A stretch of DNA of 64,000 bases from Hyalangium minutum (lineage in GTDB: Bacteria > Myxococcota > Myxococcia > Myxococcales > Myxococcaceae): NCBI RefSeq assembly GCF_000737315.1, contig NZ_JMCB01000013.1:1-64000 (forward strand), read 5' to 3'. The notes beneath the pieces were generated by a model. It had not been told where the DNA came from. It saw nothing but the letters and a program-made list of their open reading frames with translations, and did no database searches. Positions 43,218 through 54,555 of the stretch are shown one piece after another; the stretch's first letter is position 1, and each line of letters begins with the position of its first letter. The translations under genes were made by a program, and so were the position numbers.

Positions 43218-43355
43218 ATGAACCAGGCTTCCGAAGTCATCAACCTCGAAGAGTTCCGCAAGAGCCGCAACGCCAAGCCGGCCACCGTTCGCGCCACCCC
43301 TCCGACGACCTTCTGGTCGCCCGTCTGGGTGTGGGTCATGGTCTGGTCGGCGTAA
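43218..43355 (+). CDS. Small 45-aa protein with a Trp-rich C-terminal tail
   Basis: Below the ORF-track cutoff. MNQASEVINLEEFRKSRNAKPATVRATPPTTFWSPVWVWVMVWSA* with typical GC3-biased codons. Confidence 0.65.
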   Translation: MNQASEVINLEEFRKSRNAKPATVRATPPTTFWSPVWVWVMVWSA

Positions 43356-43361
43356 ACCCTC

Positions 43362-44192
43362 TTAGGTCGAGGAGGGCGCCAGGCCCGCGCTGTGTTTCAC
43401 CAGGATCGCCCGGGAGTACGCCATCGCGAAGCCGAGGCGCGCTGCATTGCGCTCCGTGGGAATGCCCGGCCCCGAGATGATGACGGCAAGCTGGCTGCCT
43501 TGCTCTCGGCCCCGCTCCATCCTGGCGGCGATCAGGGCCTGCTGGACGCCTCGTCCTCGCCACGCGGGCTTCACGGACGTTCCGAACAGGGCAGTGAGGC
43601 CGTCCCGGGACTCGCAGCCCCCCGCGCCAATGGGTTCGCGTCCCTGGCGAGCCAGGAAGGCGTCCTGCACGGGCCGGCGCACGGCCTTCATGCCCAGCTC
43701 CAGGAACGCCGGTGGCAGAGGCTCGCCGTCCTGGAGGAAGCCGCTCTCGGCGACCTCTACGTACTCGCGGACCGCGGCGTCATCCTCGGGGTTGACGCGC
43801 TCGACGGTGATGCCTGTCGGCCAGCCGAGTGGCAGCAGCTCCCGGTAGGAGTCCTTCTCCGAGAGCTTGCGGACCAGCACGTTGGCGAACTGCTGGAGCA
43901 CGAACCCGCGCTGCGCCAGCGCGTTGAGCAAGGCCGGGAGGACGAAGGGGCTCAGCTCCACACGCGGCTCGACGCCTCGGGTGGTGAAGAACGCGATGAG
44001 CTCATCCAGCTCCGCATCGGTGAGCGGCCGCTCGTACCCGATTCCGCAGGCCTTGTTCACGTAGGAGCCGGGGCCATCGCAGGCCAGCCAGCCCTCGGCC
44101 AGGGGGCGGCGTTCCCGGGCCAGCTCCGAGGCGGCGAGCGCCTGCCGGCGTTCCACGAGCCGGGCGATGTCGATGAAGCTCCAGTCATTCAT
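43362..44192 (-). CDS. GNAT family N-acetyltransferase
   Basis: LFGTSVKPAWRGRGVQQALIAAR (motif A R/QxxGxG), TERNAARLGF. Confidence 0.85.
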   Translation of the reverse strand: MNDWSFIDIARLVERRQALAASELARERRPLAEGWLACDGPGSYVNKACGIGYERPLTDAELDELIAFFTTRGVEPRVELSPFVLPALLNALAQRGFVLQQFANVLVRKLSEKDSYRELLPLGWPTGITVERVNPEDDAAVREYVEVAESGFLQDGEPLPPAFLELGMKAVRRPVQDAFLARQGREPIGAGGCESRDGLTALFGTSVKPAWRGRGVQQALIAARMERGREQGSQLAVIISGPGIPTERNAARLGFAMAYSRAILVKHSAGLAPSST

Positions 44193-44364
44193 GGGCGTAG
44201 GTCCTCTGGCAGTGCGGGTGGCAGGGCTGGGCGTTGAGCATCTTACGGTGACGGTGCGTTTCCACCCCCACCTGGGCGAGAGGGGTGGCTAACGTCACTG
44301 CGCCCCGGGACGCGGTGCCGGTCCGTCTGCTGACGGTGCGCGCCGGGGCGGGAGGATTCACCGA

Positions 44365-45393
44365 ATGCGTGGTGGCGAGAGGCAGCAAGTGTTCGCGGGG
44401 CTTGATCTGGGCGGGACGAAGATCCAGGCCGTGCTGGTGGACGTGGAAGGGAAGGTCGTCAGCCAGTGCCGCCACGCCACCCCGCAGCAGGGCGGCCCAC
44501 AGGTCATCATCGAGGAGCTGTTCGCCACGCTGCAGGAGGTGACGCGGATGGTGAATCTGGAGCCCTCGGCGCTCGCGGGCGTGGGGGTAGGGGCTCCCGG
44601 CGCGGTGGATCCGGTGGCGGGCGTGCTGCTGCAGGCGGGCAACCTCCCCGGCTGGCACGGGCCTCATCCCCTGGCCGAGATCTTGTCGAAGAAGGCGAAG
44701 GTGCCGGTGTTCCTCGGCAACGACGTGCAGGTGGCGGTGATGGCCGAGGCGCGCTTGGGAGCTGGGCGCTCGTACCGTTCGATGCTCGGGGTGTGGTGGG
44801 GGACGGGCGTGGGCGGAGGCATCTACCTGGACGGCCGGCGCTGGACGGGGCGCGGGGCGGCGGGGGAGATCGGCCACATTGTCGTGCGGCGGGGCGGCGC
44901 GAAGTGCTCGTGCGGGCGGCGCGGGTGCATGGAGGCCTACGCAGGCCGGGGCGCTATGGAGCTCAAGGCTCGCAAGGCCGTGGCGCGCGGGGAGAAGACG
45001 CGGCTGTTCGAGCTCATGGAGTCGCAGGGCAAGGACCGGCTCACCAGCGGCGTCTGGATGAAGGCGCTGAAGCAGGAGGATGGCCTGGCCGAGCGGCTGA
45101 TCGCCCGTGCCGTGCGGATGCTGGGGGCCGGCATCGCGTCGGCGGTAAATCTGCTGGATGTGGAGGCGGTGATCATCGGCGGCGGGCTGGGCACGCGGCT
45201 GGGCGAGCCGTACGTGGAGCGCATCATCCAGGCCATGCACCCACACCTCTTCGTGTCCCAGCGGCCTCCGGACGTGCGCCTGTCGGCCCTGGGCGAGCTG
45301 TCCGGGGCCATTGGCGCGGCACTGCTCTCCGAGCCTCCGGCGGCGGGGACTTCTTCGCACCGGAGCTCCCGGTCCGTGAAGGGTGAGGTCTGA
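44365..45393 (+). CDS. ROK family sugar kinase (glucokinase-like)
   Basis: GLDLGGTK, GVGAPG, LGNDV..A..AE, GTGVGGG, GEIGH, Zn motif CSCGRRGCMEAYA, IIGGG. Confidence 0.92.
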   Translation: MRGGERQQVFAGLDLGGTKIQAVLVDVEGKVVSQCRHATPQQGGPQVIIEELFATLQEVTRMVNLEPSALAGVGVGAPGAVDPVAGVLLQAGNLPGWHGPHPLAEILSKKAKVPVFLGNDVQVAVMAEARLGAGRSYRSMLGVWWGTGVGGGIYLDGRRWTGRGAAGEIGHIVVRRGGAKCSCGRRGCMEAYAGRGAMELKARKAVARGEKTRLFELMESQGKDRLTSGVWMKALKQEDGLAERLIARAVRMLGAGIASAVNLLDVEAVIIGGGLGTRLGEPYVERIIQAMHPHLFVSQRPPDVRLSALGELSGAIGAALLSEPPAAGTSSHRSSRSVKGEV

Positions 45394-45423
45394 TCCCGAG
45401 CCCTCAGAAACGGGCGGGCCGGC

Positions 45424-46320
45424 TCAGAACCGCCCGCTGAGCACCACGCTCCCAGGACCGCCCGACACACTCACCGAGGCCGCGCCTGGAGACGCCTGGG
45501 GCTCGCGGCCGTGGAGCAGCAGCGGCACGGCCACGCCGAACGCCGAGCCCAGCAGCGCGCCCGTGGCCACGTCCGTGAGGTAGTGCTTGTCCGCCGCCAT
45601 GCGCAGCAACGGCACGGTGGTGGCCAGCGGCAGCCCCACGCCCCAGATCCACTCGCGGTGCTTGTACCCGCGCAGCTCCGCCACCGTCCCCGCCGACACC
45701 ACCAGCGCGAACGCCAGGTTCGTGTGCCCGCTGTAGAAGGAGACGTTGTTGTCCGTGGGGTGCTCGGTGAGGGGCTTCTGGTCCTCGGGCAGCACGTGGA
45801 CGAAGGGCCGCTCGCGGTCGGCGAGGAACTTCACCGTCTGGTTCAACACCGAGGACAGCACCGCCGTCTGGATGATGATGCCCGCGTCCTGGAAGAAGAC
45901 GCTCCGGGGCGCGCCGCTCCCGTGACTCAGGGCGTACTGCGCTCCCAGCACACCCACTGGCAGCAGACCGAAGTCCACCACGTTGCTCCATGTGTCCGCG
46001 CGCTTGCGCTGGGCCTCGGTGCTGCCCGCGATACCCCGGCCCCACTTGTCCAGGCCGTTGAGCGAGTCCGTCCCGTCCGCGTTCCGGTCGCACCAGCCAC
46101 ATGTGGCCGAGGCCAGGTCCTTCTTGAGGAAGGCCTCGCTGCCAATCCAGATGAGGGCGCCAACGCCCGTGAGGGCCCCATCCCGGGCCCAGTTGAACCG
46201 CAGTTCATGAATGCCAGAAGCGGGGCTGGCGACGGGCGCAGCCTCGGGGGGCACGGGAGATGCAGCGAGCAGGGAAGCGAGCGCCAGGGCACACGGAGCG
46301 GGAAGCACGGAAGGAAGCAT
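45424..46320 (-). CDS. PAP2 family phosphatase (membrane)
   Basis: KFLADRERP, SFYSGHT, R.AADKHYLTDV (three PAP2 motifs). Start ATG 46320 or GTG 46332. Confidence 0.88.
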   Translation of the reverse strand: MLPSVLPAPCALALASLLAASPVPPEAAPVASPASGIHELRFNWARDGALTGVGALIWIGSEAFLKKDLASATCGWCDRNADGTDSLNGLDKWGRGIAGSTEAQRKRADTWSNVVDFGLLPVGVLGAQYALSHGSGAPRSVFFQDAGIIIQTAVLSSVLNQTVKFLADRERPFVHVLPEDQKPLTEHPTDNNVSFYSGHTNLAFALVVSAGTVAELRGYKHREWIWGVGLPLATTVPLLRMAADKHYLTDVATGALLGSAFGVAVPLLLHGREPQASPGAASVSVSGGPGSVVLSGRF

Positions 46321-46360
46321 AAACGGCCGCACCTCGGACGTTCTACACTCCGCTCACGGA

Positions 46361-49300
46361 ATGTCCCGTCCCAGCCGCACCCTCCAGGTCTTCCCCGACG
46401 CATCCCGTCGCCAGCAAGTGCTGTGCGCCGCACGGGAAAAGCGCGGCCTCGTGCTGGCCGCGGGTTGGCTCACGTGGGACGAGCTCGTCAACGCCCTGGG
46501 TGGAGCAGCCGAGCTCCAGCGTCGCCCGTGTCCGGCCTCTACCTCGCGCGTCCTCATGGGCGCGCTGGCGCAGCAGCTGGGGGAGACGCCCTTCGGAGAC
46601 TTTGTCCACGAGCCCGCCTTCGCGCGCGCCGCGGTGGAGCTGGCGCTCGACATGAAGGCGGGCCGGCTCACCCCGCGTGAACTCCATGATGCCGCCGAGT
46701 CGCTCCCGCCCGACCGCAGGGCCCGGGTTCGCGTGCTGGCCCGGCTGTGCGAGTCCTACGAGCGACGCATGGCCGAGCTGGGGCTCGCGGACCGCGAGGA
46801 CGTGGTGCGCGGCTCGCGCGAGGCGCTCATTCGCAAGCAGTGGCCGGCGGGCTGGGAGGACGTGGGGTCCATCGTGCTGCACGGGGTGTACGACGTGCGG
46901 CCCGCGGCGCTGGAGATGCTCCTGGCGCTGTCCTCGCTGTGCGAGGCGCGGAAGATCTCGCTCCGGGTGGAGACGCCGGTGGGCGGCTCACTGGCGGCGG
47001 ACGCGGCGCTGGCGTCGCTGTTCCGCGCGTTCGAGAGCCGTGGCGAGACCGTGGGCCACGTGGACCTGTTCAAGGCGGATCTCACCTTCGAGGGCCGCCC
47101 GTTGTCCGAGCTGGGCCGCCACCTCTTCTCTCCAAAGGTGGCCCGAGGGGCATTGGCGGCCACGGCGGCCGGCAACCTGCGCATGTGGAGTGTGGGCACC
47201 GCGCAGGATGAGGCGCGGCAGCTCGCTCGGGACGTGCGGCGGCTCATCGGCGAGGGTGTCTCTCCGGGGCGCATCGCCGTGGCGTGGCGCGAGCTGGGCC
47301 CGGAGGCGCGGTGGTTGGCGGCGGCGCTCGAGGAGCTTGGTGTGCCGGTGCGCCTGCCGTGGGGCGAGCCGCTGGTGCTCACGAGCCCGGTCCGGTTGGC
47401 GGTGGAGCTGCCGCTGCTCGTGGAGGATGGCTTCCCAGCCACGCGTGTGGCGGAACTCGTGGCCAGCCGCTACGCGCCCACGCTCTCGCGAGGGGCTCCG
47501 GATGCGCCCGCTACGCTCTTTACGCTGGCGGCTGTCCGGGACGATCGGCTCGGAGCGCTGCGTGGGCGCGGTGCGTATGACGTGCGCCTGGAGGGCTTGG
47601 CCAAGCGCTTGAGGAAGGCCCAGGACCCGCAGGCCCACTCGGTGAGCGTGCTGCGCGAGCGGTGCCTGAGGTTGATGGAGCAGTGCCGCCGCATCCCCGA
47701 GGCAGGCACGGCGCTGGAGCTGCTCGGGGCGTGGTGGGGCGTGGTGCGGCAGCTCGGGCTCCAGGATACGGAGGGACCGCTGGCTCAGCGGGACGAGGGA
47801 ATGCTGGGCGCGCACGCGCTGGAGGCCCGGGCTCGGGACGATGCCGCGCGGCAGGCGCTGCGCCTCCGGATTGGCGAGCTGGAGCGCTCTCTGCGCCGGG
47901 TGGGCGGAGGCCCGAGGCTCTCGCGTCGCCTCTTCGGGCGGTGGCTGGCGGACGCAGTGAAGGACTTGCACCTGCCCGCGCGGGGCCCGTCTTCGGGGGC
48001 GGTGGAGGTGCTCGACATCCGCGACGTGCCAGGGCGGACGTTCGGCTACCTGTTCCTGGCGGGGATGACGGAGGGCCGCTTCCCGGGGCACGAGGAGCCG
48101 CACGCGTTGCTGGGAGATGCGGATCGGTCGGGGCTCAACCAATACCTGCGGCGCGAGGCCTTCCGGCTCACGGGCGGCGAGTTCGAGGAGCGCGCGCCGT
48201 GGCGGCTGACGGAGGATCGGCTGCTGTTCGCGAGTGCGCTGGTAGCGGCCGAGCAGCGGGTGAGCCTGTCCTATTCGGTGGCGGGGGCGGGTGGGCAGGA
48301 GCAGGTGCCCTCATCGTTCCTGGAGGAAGTGCGGCGGCTGACGGGGATGACGTGGGAGGCGCGGGCGCTGATGGCGGTGCCTCCGCTGGACGACGTGCTG
48401 ACGGAGCCGGAGCTGCGGCAGCGGGTGGCGCTGGAGACGATGGCGCCGGCGCAGCTGCGCGTCACGGAGCCGGACGTGGCAGGCAAGCTGCTCAAGCGGC
48501 GCTTCGAGACGGAGGAGTGGTTCTTGGCGGCCCGGGAGCTGGCGCGGGTGGAGTACCAGCGGCTGCACTTCTTCAGCAATCCCACGAGCGAGGTGGGCCC
48601 CTACACGGGCGCGGTGGACGGCCCGGGGGTTCGCGAGGCGCTGCGGGAGACGTTCCGCTTTGACATTAAGAAGCCGCTGTCGGCGTCGGCGCTGGCGCGG
48701 TTTGGCAACTGTGGCTTCCAGGGCTTCCTGGCGTACGGGCTGAGGGTGGAGGAGCCGGAGGCGCCGGGCGAGGAGTTCGACGCGCGAGGCCGGGGCACGT
48801 TCTGGCACCGGGTGGTGGAGGAGGTGTTCATCCGGCTGAAGCAGAAGGGGCTGCTGGGTAAGGGGCTGCCAGAGATTCCGGACGAGGTGCTCACCGAGGC
48901 GTTGAACGAGGCGGTGGCCTACTTCGAGGAGCGCTACCACGTGGGGCACCCGGCGCTGTGGAAGCTGGCGAAGGAGCGGGCCCGGGCGATGGTGCGGCGG
49001 ATCCTCGCGCACGAGCGGCGCGGCCTCCCGTTCGATCGCTACGAGCCGGAGGGCTTCGAGCTGACGTTCGGGCCGGAAGCGGACCCGGGCCCGTGGCAGA
49101 ACGTGTTCCTGTACGCGGGCGACGAGGCCATCTACTTCGAGGGGAAGATCGACCGGCTGGACAAGGCCGCGGGGGACGTGGGGGTCATCGACTACAAGTC
49201 CGGGCGGCTGGACCGGAACACGTTGCGGGAGAAGCTGCTCTCGTCGGACTTCCAGCTGCCGCTGTACCTGTTCGCGGCGAGGGCGAGCGGGCACAAGGAG

Positions 49301-49579
49301 GCGCGCAAGGCGGCATGGTTCTCGTTGCGCACGGGCGAGGTGCTGGACTTGTCCAAGGTGCTTTCGGACGAGGAAGTGGACGGCATGCTGTCCACGGATC
49401 CGGAGGTGCGGGCGAAGCTGGCGGAGGAGGGCAAGCCGAATCTGGCCAACGCAGTGGAGGGCCTGGTGAAGAACACGCGTGAGGGCAAGTTCGGCATGCG
49501 TCCGAAGGACTGTGGCCGGTGCGGCTATCGCGCGGCGTGCCGGATTACAGAGCGGCGGGTGGTGGAGGAGAGTGCATGA
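46361..49579 (+). CDS. AddB/AdnA-like DSB-resection subunit: inactive helicase-like domain + PD-(D/E)xK nuclease with Fe-S cysteines
   Basis: LFLAGMTEGRFP, LSASAL..F.NC.FQ, RGTFWHRVVE, FEGKIDRLD, IDYKSG, FQLPLY, C-terminal CGRCGYRAAC. Start ATG 46361. Confidence 0.88.
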   Translation: MSRPSRTLQVFPDASRRQQVLCAAREKRGLVLAAGWLTWDELVNALGGAAELQRRPCPASTSRVLMGALAQQLGETPFGDFVHEPAFARAAVELALDMKAGRLTPRELHDAAESLPPDRRARVRVLARLCESYERRMAELGLADREDVVRGSREALIRKQWPAGWEDVGSIVLHGVYDVRPAALEMLLALSSLCEARKISLRVETPVGGSLAADAALASLFRAFESRGETVGHVDLFKADLTFEGRPLSELGRHLFSPKVARGALAATAAGNLRMWSVGTAQDEARQLARDVRRLIGEGVSPGRIAVAWRELGPEARWLAAALEELGVPVRLPWGEPLVLTSPVRLAVELPLLVEDGFPATRVAELVASRYAPTLSRGAPDAPATLFTLAAVRDDRLGALRGRGAYDVRLEGLAKRLRKAQDPQAHSVSVLRERCLRLMEQCRRIPEAGTALELLGAWWGVVRQLGLQDTEGPLAQRDEGMLGAHALEARARDDAARQALRLRIGELERSLRRVGGGPRLSRRLFGRWLADAVKDLHLPARGPSSGAVEVLDIRDVPGRTFGYLFLAGMTEGRFPGHEEPHALLGDADRSGLNQYLRREAFRLTGGEFEERAPWRLTEDRLLFASALVAAEQRVSLSYSVAGAGGQEQVPSSFLEEVRRLTGMTWEARALMAVPPLDDVLTEPELRQRVALETMAPAQLRVTEPDVAGKLLKRRFETEEWFLAARELARVEYQRLHFFSNPTSEVGPYTGAVDGPGVREALRETFRFDIKKPLSASALARFGNCGFQGFLAYGLRVEEPEAPGEEFDARGRGTFWHRVVEEVFIRLKQKGLLGKGLPEIPDEVLTEALNEAVAYFEERYHVGHPALWKLAKERARAMVRRILAHERRGLPFDRYEPEGFELTFGPEADPGPWQNVFLYAGDEAIYFEGKIDRLDKAAGDVGVIDYKSGRLDRNTLREKLLSSDFQLPLYLFAARASGHKEARKAAWFSLRTGEVLDLSKVLSDEEVDGMLSTDPEVRAKLAEEGKPNLANAVEGLVKNTREGKFGMRPKDCGRCGYRAACRITERRVVEESA

Positions 49580-52500
49580 GCGCGGTGTCGCCCCTGGCGC
49601 TGGAGCGCAACCTGGCGCTCATGGCGGGCGCCGGCGCGGGCAAGACGTACAGCTTGGTGACGATGGTGCTGCACCTGTTCGCGGGAGCGCGCGAGGGGCT
49701 CGCTCCGCTCAAGCCGTCGCGGCTGTGCATGCTGACGTTCACGGACAAGGCCGCGGCGGAGATGCGGGCCCGGACGCGCACCCGCTTGGACGCGCTGGCG
49801 CAGGGGGAAGCCGAGGAGCCGGAGCTGCGCGCCTCGCTGGAGCGGCTGGGGCGGCCATTTCCCTCGCAGGACTCGTGGCGGGCGCTGCGGGAGGAGCTCG
49901 GGGCTGCGACGGTGGGCACGTTCCATTCGCTCTGCGGACAGCTGCTGCGCCGGGCGCCTCCGGGGTTGGGGATTGATCCGGCCTTCGAGGTGCTGGATGA
50001 GCTGGAGGCGCTCGGCCTGGTGCAGGACGTGTGCGAGCGCGTGGTGCTGGACGGCCTGGAGTCGGGGGACCTCCGCGTCACGGAGCTGTGCCAGGAGCTG
50101 ACGTTCTCCGGCTCAGGGTTCTCGGACGGACTGGTGGCGTCACTGCGGCAGGTCTACGGCAAGCTGCGCGAGGAAGGATTGCGCGCGGCCACTGCGGCGC
50201 TGTCGAGCCCGGAGGAGGCCCGCGCGGAGCTGGTAACGCTCATCCAGGAGGGACTCAAGCACTGCCAGGAGGCGCGGGAGCTGGACGCGAAGGGCGAGTG
50301 GGGTCGGTTGATCTCCGCGTGCGAGCGAGCGCTCCAGCCGATGACGCCGGAGAACTTGGGCGAGCCAGACCGGCTGCCCTCGCTGAAGGCGGCGTTCATC
50401 GCGGATGGCCGGAACTTCGCGAGGCTGAGCAAGGGCGCGGCGGGCCCCATCCGCTCGCTGTACTGGCTGACCCGCGGCAAGAGCGACGGCTCGGTGATGC
50501 GGCTGGAGGATGCGTACGCCGCGTGGCGGACGGCGCCCTTCGAGGCCACCTTCCGGGACTTGCTCGGCAAGGTGGAGGTCCGCCACGAGGGCGAGTTCAT
50601 CCGCCGCAACGTCTTCGACTTCACGGCGCTGCTGGTGAAGGCGCGGGACTTGCTGAGAGACCACCCGAGCTTCCGCCGTCAGGTGCAGGAGCGCATGGGC
50701 GCGCTGCTGGTGGACGAGTTCCAGGACACGAACCGCCTGCAGCTGGAGCTGGTGCTGTTGCTCTCGGAGCTGCGAGAGGGAGGCCCTCGGCCGGTGCGTC
50801 CGGACGAGGATCTGCGCGCCAGGCTCCCATTGGAGCCTGCGTTCCTGTGCGCGGTGGGAGATCGCAAGCAGTCCATCTACGAGTTCCGTGGCGCGGACGT
50901 CTCGGTGTTCACACTGCTGGCGGACAAGATCGTCTCCGAGGGAGGTGTGAGGGATTTCCTCCGGTTCAACCGCCGCTCGGTGCCAGCGCTGCTGGACTTC
51001 TTCAACCGGACGTTCGCGGGGGTACTGGTGGCGAGCGATCCGCCGCGGCCCTACGAGGTGGTGTACGTGCCGGAGGAGGACGATCTCTCCCCGGTCCGCC
51101 GCGAGCTGGCCGAGGCGCCTGCGGTGGAGCGGTTGGTGCTCGGGGAGGCGGAGTCCTCGGCGGACGCACGTAATAAGGATGCGGAGGCCGTGGCGAGGCG
51201 CCTCCGGGTGATGTTGGCACCGGGTGCGGATCCTTGCGTGACGGACGAGGATGGCCAGCGTCTGCGGCCCGCTCGAGGCGGCGAGGTGGCCATCCTCCTG
51301 AGGACCTTCACGCACCTGGAGGTGTACCGGCAGGCGCTGATCCGGCACGGCGTGCCGCACAGGGTGCTGCGGGGCCGGGGCTTCTACGGTGCGCAGGAGG
51401 TGTTGGATCTGGCCTCCTTGCTGGCGCTGCTGGCGGACTCGGAGGACACGTTGGCGCTGACGGCGGTGCTGCGTTCTCCGCTGGTGGGGCTGTCGGACGC
51501 GTCGCTGTTCCGGCTCTCGGGCCCGAACGGACTCACGCTGGCGGAGATCCAGAAGAAGGACCTGGACACGTGCGAGCTCCCGCCTCGCGAGCGCCTGAGG
51601 CTGGAGCGATTTCTGGCGGCACTGCCCTCGTTGAGGCGCGAGCGGGATCGGCTCGGAGTGCGCGCGCTGCTTCAGGTCGCGCTGGAAGTCACGGGCTACC
51701 GGGAGGCGATGGCGGGCTCACCGTACGCGGAGCAGGCCAGCGCCAACATCGACAAGCTGCTGGCGCTCGCGGCCCGTCGCGACGAGCGAGGCACGGGAGG
51801 GTGCACGGCGTTCGCGAGGGAGCTGCGGATGCTCGCGGACGCGGACCCCACCGAGGCGCAGGCGGACCTGCTGGACGCGGGAGATCCCCGTGCGGTGCAG
51901 ATCCTCACGATCCACCGGGCGAAGGGGCTCGAGTGGCCGGTGGTGGTGGTGCCCGCGCTCGGGGGCAAGCGGCGCAACACGAGCGCGCGGGCGCACTTCG
52001 AGCGCACGCACGGGCTGGTGCTGCGCCCCTGGTTGCCGGACACGCTGGAGGACTTCCGCTCCCGGCGCTTCGACCGGGTGAGAGAGGAGCTCAAGTCCCG
52101 CGAGTTCGCCGAGTACCGGCGGCTCCTCTACGTAGCGCTCACGCGAGCCCGGGACATGCTGATCCTCTCGGGCTCGGCGGAGCGCGGCGCTTCGGACTCC
52201 TGGTGGCACATGATGGAGGCGCGCTTGGACGCGGACGCGGGCCTCCGGCGCCGGGTGCTGGACGTGGAGGTGGACTCACTTCCACCACCCGCCGACCCCT
52301 TGCCGCCGAGTGCAGAGGAACTCGCGGAAGCAGAGGCCCGGGTGGAGGCGGCCCTGGAGCGCGTCCGAGGCGGTGTCTCCCTGCCCGAGCCCGAAGAAGC
52401 CATCGTCTCGGCGGCGCAGCTCCAGGACTTCATGGCGTGCCCGAGGCGCTACCGCTACGTGCACCAGCTGGGAATGAGCGGGCCGCGGCCGTGGGAGCTG

Positions 52501-53214
52501 CCGGCGAGGACGGTGCCGCCATGGGTGGAGCTCGAGCCCTGGCTGGAGACGCGGGGCCCGGCGCAGCTGGTGCCGTTGCTGCTGCGGGACGTGGATCTTC
52601 AGATGGCGGAGGCCCCTGTCTCGGAGCGGCGCCCTCACTTGGAGAAGCTGCTGCGGTACATGGGGCGGCAGCCGGACGAGGAGGGGATGGACGAGGTGCT
52701 GGGGATGGTGGATCGCTTCCTCGGGACGGAACTGGCGCGGAAGCTGGCCGCGAGCCCGTCAGCGAGCATTCATCGGGAACTCTCCTACCTGCTGGATCTG
52801 CCTTCGGCGTCCGCGAGGGGCCGGACGGCCGTGAGCGGGACCTTGGATCTGTTGTGGGAGACGCCGGAGGGGGAGGCGTGGGTGTTGGCGTGGCGCCCAT
52901 CGAAGCGTCATCCGCTGGGCGTCTCGGCCTTCGCGAACGAGCTGATGGCCCAGGGGCTCGCGGCGAAGCGCCTGGTGCGCGAGGGTGTGGCGGTGCGGGT
53001 AGGGGTGGTGTTCTTGGGGGAACCCACGCTGGCGGCGGAATTCCTGACGTTGCCGGGAGGCTGGGAGGAGCGGGCGGGGCGGCTGGCGGAGGCGGTGCGG
53101 GCCCTGGTCCGAGGGGAACTCCGCAGGGAGTGGCCGGGGCGGGAGCGGGAGACCTGCCAAGCACTGCATTGTGGCTTCGCGGAACACTGTCACGGCGCCC
53201 CAGGGGCGTGCTAA
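49576..53214 (+). CDS. AddA/AdnB-like UvrD-family helicase with a degenerate C-terminal nuclease domain
   Basis: MAGAGAGKT, LTFTDKAAAEM, TFHSLC, LVDEFQDTN..Q, VGDRKQSIYEFRGAD, NRRS, TIHRAKGLEW, LYVALTRARD. The ATG overlaps the upstream TGA (ATGA). Confidence 0.93.
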   Translation: MSAVSPLALERNLALMAGAGAGKTYSLVTMVLHLFAGAREGLAPLKPSRLCMLTFTDKAAAEMRARTRTRLDALAQGEAEEPELRASLERLGRPFPSQDSWRALREELGAATVGTFHSLCGQLLRRAPPGLGIDPAFEVLDELEALGLVQDVCERVVLDGLESGDLRVTELCQELTFSGSGFSDGLVASLRQVYGKLREEGLRAATAALSSPEEARAELVTLIQEGLKHCQEARELDAKGEWGRLISACERALQPMTPENLGEPDRLPSLKAAFIADGRNFARLSKGAAGPIRSLYWLTRGKSDGSVMRLEDAYAAWRTAPFEATFRDLLGKVEVRHEGEFIRRNVFDFTALLVKARDLLRDHPSFRRQVQERMGALLVDEFQDTNRLQLELVLLLSELREGGPRPVRPDEDLRARLPLEPAFLCAVGDRKQSIYEFRGADVSVFTLLADKIVSEGGVRDFLRFNRRSVPALLDFFNRTFAGVLVASDPPRPYEVVYVPEEDDLSPVRRELAEAPAVERLVLGEAESSADARNKDAEAVARRLRVMLAPGADPCVTDEDGQRLRPARGGEVAILLRTFTHLEVYRQALIRHGVPHRVLRGRGFYGAQEVLDLASLLALLADSEDTLALTAVLRSPLVGLSDASLFRLSGPNGLTLAEIQKKDLDTCELPPRERLRLERFLAALPSLRRERDRLGVRALLQVALEVTGYREAMAGSPYAEQASANIDKLLALAARRDERGTGGCTAFARELRMLADADPTEAQADLLDAGDPRAVQILTIHRAKGLEWPVVVVPALGGKRRNTSARAHFERTHGLVLRPWLPDTLEDFRSRRFDRVREELKSREFAEYRRLLYVALTRARDMLILSGSAERGASDSWWHMMEARLDADAGLRRRVLDVEVDSLPPPADPLPPSAEELAEAEARVEAALERVRGGVSLPEPEEAIVSAAQLQDFMACPRRYRYVHQLGMSGPRPWELPARTVPPWVELEPWLETRGPAQLVPLLLRDVDLQMAEAPVSERRPHLEKLLRYMGRQPDEEGMDEVLGMVDRFLGTELARKLAASPSASIHRELSYLLDLPSASARGRTAVSGTLDLLWETPEGEAWVLAWRPSKRHPLGVSAFANELMAQGLAAKRLVREGVAVRVGVVFLGEPTLAAEFLTLPGGWEERAGRLAEAVRALVRGELRREWPGRERETCQALHCGFAEHCHGAPGAC

Positions 53215-54537
<1,323 letters not shown>

Positions 54538-54555
54538 CACAGCCAGGAGTTACCC

